Positions 19,279 through 26,606 of a DNA stretch of 64,000 nt are shown here, piece by piece. Positions within the stretch are counted from its first letter, which is position 1; each line of letters opens with the position of its first letter. A program made the position numbers and the translations under genes. This DNA comes from an uncultured virus (IMG/VR IMGVR_UViG_3300038318_000272) (lineage: Duplodnaviria > Heunggongvirae > Uroviricota > Caudoviricetes). Under the pieces are notes generated by a model, which was not told where the DNA came from, did not search any database, and was given only the letters and a program-made list of their open reading frames with translations. The stretch covers positions 1 to 64,000 of the IMG/VR virus record IMGVR_UViG_3300038318_000272; one strand, written 5' to 3'.

Positions 19279-19419
19279 GGTGCTCCGAACACAAGACACA
19301 GAATGGTCTTGTGTTGTGCGCCACTCAGGCTTTGCTGGTTGGGGGGGTAAATCCAAGACTCAAACACAGGAATATTTTTTTCCTATGTTCTCAGGCCCAT
19401 ATGTTTAATAGCCTGACGG
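19279..19419. repeat. intergenic module copy 4 (family B)
   Basis: AACACAAGAC/GTCTTGTGTT stem, shared 37-mer, T-run, CTGACGG. Confidence 0.85.
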
Positions 19420-19507
19420 AAAATTGAGCCTCACTCAGCCTTATGAACGGGCCTGAGTGAGTAAAAGGTTTGGAGGTATGTTTCTTTCATCCTAAGACTG
19501 ATTCACT

Positions 19508-19837
19508 TCAGTCGTCCACATACAGAGTCATTCCGCCTATCCTGTATTCGTTGCCCCTCTCCAGCTCAGCCCGTGCATCAGCCAGCTCTGCATCCCAGTA
19601 CTCTAAGAACGCTGTCCTGTACAAGGTTTCGTCTACTGCCTTGAGTGCTTCGCTGGTTGCATAGTGGTGTCCGAAGATTACCGCATCCTCTAAGTCGTCC
19701 AGGTACTCGTCGAATACCTCCTCCAGGACATGCTCGTAATATGCGAACAGCTCATCGTCCAAGTCAGCTATCTCTTCTATTTCGATTATTCCGTTTTTGA
19801 TGTACTTGTTGTCAAATTCAGCTCTTATGTTTATCAT
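19508..19837 (-). CDS. acidic paralogue family member 4
   Basis: VFDEYLDDLEDAVIFGHHYATSEALKAVDETLYRTAF. Confidence 0.75.
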   Translation of the reverse strand: MINIRAEFDNKYIKNGIIEIEEIADLDDELFAYYEHVLEEVFDEYLDDLEDAVIFGHHYATSEALKAVDETLYRTAFLEYWDAELADARAELERGNEYRIGGMTLYVDD

Positions 19838-19933
19838 GTTCCTTTTTCCTCCTTTTGTGGGGTTTTCTCCATGTTTCCTTAAGTCGTAATTACATATAAA
19901 GGTTTGTATAAGGGGTTTGGTTAAAGAGTTTGT

Positions 19934-20350
19934 TCAGTCCCCGTTTACCCTGGACTTTATTTCAACAGTCATGGGATTTAATTTCCCAAATTCCTTTTTC
20001 CCATACTCATTTCCATGAAGGAATTCTAGGGCCTTCTTCTTACTGTCTTCTAGCTCTTTAACTTCTTCAGACGTGGCACGGTCGTTATACTCGAGATTCT
20101 CAACAAACTTAGTAGCACCTTCTATGGTCCACATTACATTATTTAAAACTGAGATTTGAACCTGGAACGTCCCGCAAGTGATATCCGTGCACATCGGCGT
20201 TTTGTTCTGGCCCGATGACATCATTTGATTTTCCCCACATTCTGGAACGTCTTTAAGACGCTCATAGGTTTCAACGCTCTTTACTTTGTCCAGTGGTCTG
20301 GTCCCCTCGAACGTATATACGTGTCTGTATGTTTTTGTCATTTTTTTCAT
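19934..20350 (-). CDS. hypothetical protein
   Basis: Start MKKMTK after promoter and hairpin. Confidence 0.6.
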   Translation of the reverse strand: MKKMTKTYRHVYTFEGTRPLDKVKSVETYERLKDVPECGENQMMSSGQNKTPMCTDITCGTFQVQISVLNNVMWTIEGATKFVENLEYNDRATSEEVKELEDSKKKALEFLHGNEYGKKEFGKLNPMTVEIKSRVNGD

Positions 20351-20413
20351 CTCCGTATCGGGTTTCTCCCCGACAATACCCCCTACGCCGTAGTAGTATT
20401 TAATACCTTCGCC

Positions 20414-20520
20414 TACTAAAGAATCCGTAGCCAACTCAATATATGGTTACTACTCAATATATGGTTACTATAAATTTGGTATACAAACCAACCAAAAATT
20501 GAGTAACCGATTTTTAAGTA
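20414..20520. promoter_or_regulatory. array of six operator-like sites including an 18-bp tandem duplication
   Basis: e.g. TACTataaatttGGTA, AACCaaaaattgAGTA, AACCgatttttaAGTA. Confidence 0.7.
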
Positions 20521-20528
20521 GCAATGCT

Positions 20529-20663
20529 TACCAGACGATTGTGAAGTATTCGCAATCGGCTGTTTGGGGTGTAGGGGACTGTGGGAGGTTATTGTTCTCT
20601 TAAGTATTCAGCCAAAATATTTTCTCTGTTTTCCCAGGGGACTTATATTCTATGCACTGACGC
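20529..20663. repeat. intergenic module copy 5 (family A)
   Basis: 26-mer at 20560-20585. Confidence 0.85.
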
Positions 20664-20708
20664 TCGGCTACAAAAAAAGAGAAGAGGAAGGGCTTTCGCC
20701 CCTCGGTT

Positions 20709-21080
20709 TCAACCCTCTATTTCCTCCCAAAGGGTTATCGGGGTGGGCTCACCGTATTCGTTGCTCCCTATCGTGTACTCGTCCCCGTTGTTCAGATTCG
20801 ATATCAGGCACTCTATCTCCGATTTACACCACGCCTCGAACTCGGAATCGTATGCCTCTCTATCCACCATATAGAGGGCATGAGCTGGATTGTATATCTT
20901 ATGTGACCCAATCTGCCCCACTGATACGAGGTTAAACCACGCCTCGAACAAGTCGTCCAGCATTCCTTTGAATTCCTCAATCAGCTTACAGTACAGTTCG
21001 TTGTAGTATTTGACCTCAACAACCCACGTGACTGACCCCGCCTCTACATCGGGTACAAATCTTGCTCTTATTGTCTTCAT
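20709..21080 (-). CDS. acidic paralogue family member 5
   Basis: IYNPAHALYMVDREAYDSEF...GDEYTIG. Confidence 0.7.
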   Translation of the reverse strand: MKTIRARFVPDVEAGSVTWVVEVKYYNELYCKLIEEFKGMLDDLFEAWFNLVSVGQIGSHKIYNPAHALYMVDREAYDSEFEAWCKSEIECLISNLNNGDEYTIGSNEYGEPTPITLWEEIEG

Positions 21081-21095
21081 TTCAATTCCTCCTTA

Positions 21096-21124
21096 GTGGG
21101 GGGATACGGCTCCCCCCGAGCCTC
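21096..21124. repeat. 29-bp intergenic GC-rich element identical to 23044-23072
   Basis: GTGGGGGGATACGGCTCCCCCCGAGCCTC in both. Confidence 0.9.
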
Positions 21125-21128
21125 ATTC

Positions 21129-21503
21129 TTAAGCCCCCCATTCCCTCCGCCCAGGGACGGTTTGCCAGGTGTCGCTCTCATCCCTGACCGCAATCACAGT
21201 CGCCGTCATGAATTTTGTTTCCACAACGTCGCCGACATCGCACAGCCAGCCCTCGAACTCATCGGCTATCTCTTCCGCCATCGCCTCTATGTGCCTGCGC
21301 AGACCCGATACGTCATGATATCCCGTATCGCTCTCGTACGGGATACGCCCGTGCACTTCCTCGTCGTACTCTACTTCCATGAACGTGTCAATCAGACGCT
21401 CGTACCACTTGTCCAGCAGGTAAGCCTTCATCTCGTCCACATTCACGCCTCTGTCAAAGACCAGCTCTTCCGAGTAGTCCTCTGCCTCTATCTTTATTTT
21501 CAT
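21129..21503 (-). CDS. acidic hypothetical protein
   Basis: GGAGG RBS; D/E-rich. Confidence 0.65.
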   Translation of the reverse strand: MKIKIEAEDYSEELVFDRGVNVDEMKAYLLDKWYERLIDTFMEVEYDEEVHGRIPYESDTGYHDVSGLRRHIEAMAEEIADEFEGWLCDVGDVVETKFMTATVIAVRDESDTWQTVPGRREWGA

Positions 21504-21536
21504 TTCTTTTCCTCCTTGATTGGGGGGAATCCCCCC

Positions 21537-21740
21537 TTAGGGTGTGTCCTCATATATGTCCCTCTCGACATACACCTGAGTCATTAAGTCCTGATTGTCC
21601 ATCACAATGCACCTGAATCCTCCATCAGCCATGTTGCAAGCACATTCCCCAGCTTCCTCTCCAGTCTTGAACCACTGGGTGATTATGTTGTTCACGTTGC
21701 GTGGGCTTATAGCCACAACCGAATATCTCATGTTGCTCAT
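21537..21740 (-). CDS. small hypothetical protein
   Basis: GGAGGT RBS, promoter and hairpin upstream. Confidence 0.55.
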   Translation of the reverse strand: MSNMRYSVVAISPRNVNNIITQWFKTGEEAGECACNMADGGFRCIVMDNQDLMTQVYVERDIYEDTP

Positions 21741-21910
21741 ATCCAATACCTCCGTCGGGATTTACCCGATGTAACCCCATCGGCACGGTAGTATATATAT
21801 CTATGCACAAAATTGAACCTCAATTCAACCAAAGAATAAGTAGGTTTTCAGACCTACCAAAGAATAGGTAGCATAGACCTACTCATTTCTTGGTAGCACA
21901 ATCTCTCTTC

Positions 21911-22044
21911 TTACCAGACGGCTGAGATTACATCTCAGCCTTCTGTTTGGGGTGTAGGGGACTGTGGGAGGTTAGTGGTTCATTACATCTGACGAAAATA
22001 TTTTTCATGTTCTTGCGGGGGATATATGTTCTATATGCTGACGG
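21911..22044. repeat. intergenic module copy 6 (family A)
   Basis: 26-mer at 21943-21968; three operator-like sites at 21827-21895. Confidence 0.85.
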
Positions 22045-22121
22045 TCGGCCTAAGCCGACCATCTTGGCCTTTGACCCGACTAGTGGGGTGAGGGGGTATA
22101 GCCCCCCTCTTGCTCTCACTC

Positions 22122-22469
22122 CTAGGCCTTGTATGGGATTCTCAGAGACCCAATCTCCACACGGTCATCAATCCTGATGCTGTCTGCCTTGCCATGGACG
22201 GCTATCCCTCCCATTTCGAAGGTCAACAGGCAGTACCTGAACCTACCGCCCCCCTCTGTTCTTAAGGACAGGGGGTAGCCGTGGATGTGGACATCCCCCG
22301 TCTTGACCAGTTCGCTGATTGTGAGCCAGTCGTTGCGAGACAGGTTAGAGATGTCATAGTCCACAGGGGTTATCACGGTCTCGAACATGGGTGTGTGGTC
22401 GCTTAGAACATTGAGATTCAGAGCGACACGCTGTACGCCTTCCGACATATTGTGTGTGTTCATTTTCAC
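22122..22469 (-). CDS. hypothetical protein
   Basis: Own promoter; loosely similar to 15079-15414 and 23648-24016 (IS..xWL.I.E pattern). Confidence 0.55.
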   Translation of the reverse strand: MKMNTHNMSEGVQRVALNLNVLSDHTPMFETVITPVDYDISNLSRNDWLTISELVKTGDVHIHGYPLSLRTEGGGRFRYCLLTFEMGGIAVHGKADSIRIDDRVEIGSLRIPYKA

Positions 22470-22630
22470 AACTCCTGCCGATTTGGTTGGTTTGATTCCC
22501 TTCCGATTCGGCTAAGACCCCCTACGAGGTGGTAGTATATATATCTACGCTCAAAATCGACACACAATCTAACCAGAATTTAAGTAGGTAAACAGACCTA
22601 CCAGAATTTGAGTAGGTGAATTCCTACGTC

Positions 22631-22767
22631 TTACCAGACGGTTAGGGATTATCCTCAACCGTCTGTTTGGGGTGTAGGGGACTGTGGGAGGTTATTGTTC
22701 CTGGATTAGACTCCGCCAAAATGTTTTTTCTGCTTTGACACGGGACTATATTCTGATGTGCGGACGG
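22631..22767. repeat. intergenic module copy 7 (family A)
   Basis: 26-mer at 22663-22688; operator-like sites at 22571-22614. Confidence 0.85.
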
Positions 22768-22792
22768 TCGAGGGGCCGAAGCCCCTCTGAGT

Positions 22793-23026
22793 TTAGTCTA
22801 TGCGCCTCCATCCACTGGGGCACTCGCCCGCACTGTGTCCGCAACACGGGTAATCCTCACACCCGCTTGACCAGACATATCCGTCCGTGCTCTCGAACTT
22901 ATCACAGACTCTGCGCCCCTGAATGACCTCATCCATGAACCCGCTGTTCTTCCTCTTCAGGCATCCGAGTGACCTCGGCCTCTCCTCTGCGTGGATGCAT
23001 CCCAGGCAGTTGTTCCATTTTCCCAT
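22793..23026 (-). CDS. small Cys-rich protein
   Basis: CLGCIH..C..C..GCEDYPCCGH; GGAGGT RBS. Confidence 0.6.
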   Translation of the reverse strand: MGKWNNCLGCIHAEERPRSLGCLKRKNSGFMDEVIQGRRVCDKFESTDGYVWSSGCEDYPCCGHSAGECPSGWRRID

Positions 23027-23074
23027 ATCTTACACCTCCGTGTGTGGGGGGATACGGCTCCCCCCGAGCCTCGT

Positions 23075-23311
23075 TCACAGCACCATCTGACAGAACGCTC
23101 CATGGTTACCCTTAGAGCCCATGTCTGTCTTTGCCCACATCTCTTCGGTGTATGCTATACAGAAACGACCGAACCCGTCCCTTGCCAGCCCGAATATGCG
23201 AGCGTGGACATCGCAAGCGTCTTCATAGGAATCAGCACTTATCTGAGTCCACCCTCCGCTGAAGGGGTGGCTCTTGCTGGTTCCGTATGTAAAGAAGAAC
23301 ACCTGTTTCAT
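23075..23311 (-). CDS. small hypothetical protein
   Basis: FFFTYG..HPF.GGW pattern; GGAGGTGA RBS. Confidence 0.6.
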   Translation of the reverse strand: MKQVFFFTYGTSKSHPFSGGWTQISADSYEDACDVHARIFGLARDGFGRFCIAYTEEMWAKTDMGSKGNHGAFCQMVL

Positions 23312-23443
23312 TTTTCATTTCACCTCCTGCCTCATGGCAATACCCAAGAAATCGTGTGAGTATATATATCTGTCGTCAAAATCGACACCAATCGCTACCA
23401 CATTCATGGTAGGACACGACTGCTACCAACAAACAGGTAGGTT

Positions 23444-23600
23444 GGACTGCTCCACGAAAGAACTCAACACATCGTGTTGGGTTCCAGTTGGAGCTACCTG
23501 CGACGCTATGGCATTGATGGCTGAGCGGGCTTTACAGAACTCAAACCGCACTGTTTTTTTTCCTAATTCCTTACGGGGTTGTATATCTATATGCTGACGG
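23444..23600. other. intergenic module copy 8 (family B-like)
   Basis: GCTCCA/TGGAGC and GAACTCAACAC/GTGTTGGGTTC stems, T-run, CTGACGG; operator-like sites at 23396-23439. Confidence 0.7.
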
Positions 23601-23647
23601 TCGGCTTTCGCCGACCTGGGTTTAAGGGGGGCTTTCGCCCCTCTCGT

Positions 23648-24016
23648 TTAGGCCCCCCCGATATCCAGTTGGCCGATAAAGTGCCTTCCGATACCAACCA
23701 GCACGATTCTGTCATTGTGAATGCCCAGCGGAGAACCCTTGTCAGCATCCCAGACAGACGAGTTGTAAACGCCCCCCCTCTGACTGAATGATGCAACGAG
23801 GTATCTCTTCCCGTACTTATCACGGTTCACGCTGAAACTCACGGTTGATGCGTCCCCCGCCTTTATGGTTGCGTTTGTTCTGTTCCAACCGCTGGCATCT
23901 GAAAGGCGTTTTTCTAAATCTTTCCACTGGGAAAGCGTTACGTCCTCGAATCTCTCGCACTGGATAAACAGCCAGCATCCTGCTTCGGATATCTCTATCC
24001 CGTTTTGTATTTCCAT
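23648..24016 (-). CDS. hypothetical protein
   Basis: GGAGG RBS. Confidence 0.6.
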   Translation of the reverse strand: MEIQNGIEISEAGCWLFIQCERFEDVTLSQWKDLEKRLSDASGWNRTNATIKAGDASTVSFSVNRDKYGKRYLVASFSQRGGVYNSSVWDADKGSPLGIHNDRIVLVGIGRHFIGQLDIGGA

Positions 24017-24064
24017 GTCTTTTTCCTCCTTTGCGTGTAAGAAGAAGGGCCGAAGCCCTTCGGT

Positions 24065-24424
24065 TTAGGCGTGCCCCCCCAGCACGTAAATCGTTGCAAT
24101 GCCCTTAAGGCACGGCAGGCGACATTCGTCAAAGTAACTGTCGCCTATCTCCAGAGGGTTAGTTGACCACTGGTCGGTGTAGCGGTCGATGGCCTTAGCC
24201 ATCCATATGTCCAAGGGCTCACGTGCCTGGGCCTTCTTCGTCGTGTGTGTGGCCAGGTACTCAGCGGTCATGGGCCTCCAAAGCTCACGAGAGGCGAGGA
24301 TGCCCTTCAGGAGCATGTCCTCATCCTCAAAGTATAGTGCCTTATATCCGAGGCATTCGTTCATGGGCTGGCTGGTAAACCCGTATCGGGTGTACTTTTG
24401 CATATTCTGCATTGCTGTGTTCAT
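24065..24424 (-). CDS. hypothetical protein
   Basis: TTATATAC promoter, hairpin, GGAG RBS. Confidence 0.6.
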   Translation of the reverse strand: MNTAMQNMQKYTRYGFTSQPMNECLGYKALYFEDEDMLLKGILASRELWRPMTAEYLATHTTKKAQAREPLDIWMAKAIDRYTDQWSTNPLEIGDSYFDECRLPCLKGIATIYVLGGHA

Positions 24425-25098
24425 TTTCTTTCTCTCCTACCAGTCCCTTTCGACTGGGATGAATATGAGATTCGTTGGGGAGTATATAACGCTTTGCCGA
24501 AAATCGAGGCTGTTATCTACTAATTATTGGGTTGGATGAATGAAAAACCAAGAAACTGTTAGGTATAGGGTTGAGTTTGGGGCCCCCCTCATCGCACACA
24601 TTTTTTTCAACAAACAAAGGGGACTATATAGCGTTATTATCTCAGTTGATGAATTGACATAGTACAACGTACTACACCCTCCCTTAGAAGGAAACAGATA
24701 TACTATACAAGGTCAAATAGAAGGTCAATAAGAAGACGATAAAGGCAATAAGGAAAGTAGTAACTAAATGTGTATAATAGTAGCAACTAATCACTAGATT
24801 TCTACACGAACCCCCCGACATAGAGAGCAATCACGAGAATGACATTATTCGAAGTATGATTTGACACGGAAATGACGGTAGTAGAGGTGAAAGAGTGAGA
24901 GAAGGATGCGGATGCCGTGGCGCACACCTTTCTCACCCTTTGAGGGGGAGTGCATAGCGTCACGGGAGAGGCACAGTCCTACTCCTCTCAATTACCTATA
25001 GGCTTTGAGAGTATATATGCCTATCGAACTTACTCTAGATGTAGTAGATACTTATTGTATAGTAGATGTATTTGATTGTAAGATGAGGTGGGGGTTGT

Positions 25099-25813
25099 TT
25101 ACTCCCGCTCTATCCTTCTCTGTGCTAGGTTGTAGTAGTTCTCATCTAACTCTATACCTATGAAGTTCCTGTTCTCTCTCTTGCATACTACGCCTGTTGA
25201 CTCCGAGCCCATGAACGGGTCTAATACAGTATCTCCTTCATTAGATAAGAGAGTTATGAGTTGAGTGAGAAGATTCTCAGGTTTCTGTGTCGGGTGTGTT
25301 CCTTGTGCTCTTTCTCTCTTAGAAGCTACGGCGCAGTCTATATGGTCATGAATCGCCTTTCCGTTGTTGTTGAACGTTCCTGTTCTTTTGTCGTTCACAA
25401 AGTAAAGCCAAGGCTCTATAGATGATACGAAATGATATTTCATATTCCTCGGCATAGGATTCGTCTTATGCCAAATACCTGTCGTTTTGTAATAGAGAGA
25501 AGTGTTCTTAGCTAACGTTATGAGGTCGTTGATTCTAAATACGGATGTGAATACTATCGCCCCCCCCCCCTCTGCGCAGAACCCTCTGAGCCTGAGAGAG
25601 GAAGTCCGACATCAACACATCGAAGCTTTTGTTGTCGAACTCGTCCCATGAAGACTGAGCGAAGTGATTCGGACGCATTGTGTGAATGTTTGATTGTCTG
25701 TCTTTGCAGAAGTTCGCAATGTTGTAAGGAGGGTCTGTAAGGATTAAGTCTATCGAGTTGTCGGGGATTTGCATTAGAGCTTCTATACAATCTGCATTGA
25801 TTAAGTTAATCAT
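25099..25813 (-). pseudogene. beta-class N4-C/N6-A DNA methyltransferase frameshifted in a G11 tract (possibly phase-variable)
   Basis: DPPY in 5' half; HPTQKP and DPFMGSEST in 3' half; halves join in frame if the G run (C 25560-25570) is G10. Confidence 0.85.
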
Positions 25814-25904
25814 ACGAGAGAGATAGAATGAAAGTATATATGTGTATCTAAGATACTAAGGAAGGAATATCTGCCTAAGAGAGAGTATCTTGTATAGTAG
25901 ATTG

Positions 25905-26400
25905 TTTTGTTGAGGAGGGGGGGGTTGTTGTGTGTTGTTGAGGAGGAGAGATGAGAAGGTGAGAGGGAGATGAGAAGGTGAGAGGAAGGTCTAGCTCAAT
26001 CCTCTCAGTTACCTATAGGCTTTGAGAGTATATATATCTTACTATATCGCCAGAGAACAAGTAACTACTGATTGTGTAGTAGATATTATTTTGTAAGGAA
26101 GGGTATGGGGGACTGTTGTGTTGTGTGAGTTGAAGGAGATTTGTTGTGTGAGTTGAAGGTGTGTGAGGGAGTATGTTGGTTGAGAGAGAATAAGGTTGTG
26201 TAGGTGATGTAGAAAGGAACCTACTAAGGAACGAGTATCTATTTAAGAAGATTATTCATGAAGATAGAGGGGAGTTGTTGAAGGGGGAGAAGGGAAGGGG
26301 TTGTATTGGGGTTATGGTGTGTTGTGTGTGAGGGTGAGAGAGAGAGAGAGAGAGAGAGAAGAGAGAAGGTGAGAGAGTAATGACTTTCAGCCGTGCAAAC
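25905..26400. repeat. low-complexity G/A- and G/T-rich tract with (GA)12 microsatellite
   Basis: (GA)n 26336-26359; tandem GAGATGAGAAGGTGAGAGG; almost no C on plus strand. Confidence 0.85.
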
Positions 26401-26606
26401 TGTATTCTCTCAGTTGGGTATGTAAGAAAGAGTATATGTGGGGTTGTGAGAGGGAAAGTTCAGAGGTATAGCTGTCGACTGAGGGAGCTGTGAAACAATT
26501 CCCCAACTATACCTCCAAGGGGACTTACCCCTAATTATATGTATGTATTGTTTGTATATAAAGGTTTGCATAAAAGGTTAATGATAAAATGGCCCCGTGG
26601 GCCGTT

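Noticed and set aside
15607..22177. Short plus-strand ORFs starting MGCRGLW or MGGYCS
   Set aside because: They are translations of the family A repeat from TTG/GTG starts and diverge immediately after it.
15603..22688. 26-nt identical repeats as a CRISPR array
   Set aside because: Copies are 0.7-5 kb apart with genes between them, not repeat-spacer units. No cas operon is present; the Cas4-like gene sits in the recombination module.
11348..23600. CTGACGG boxes as hammerhead ribozyme cores
   Set aside because: The core needs CUGAnGA plus a downstream GAAA and three stems; these are not consistently present.
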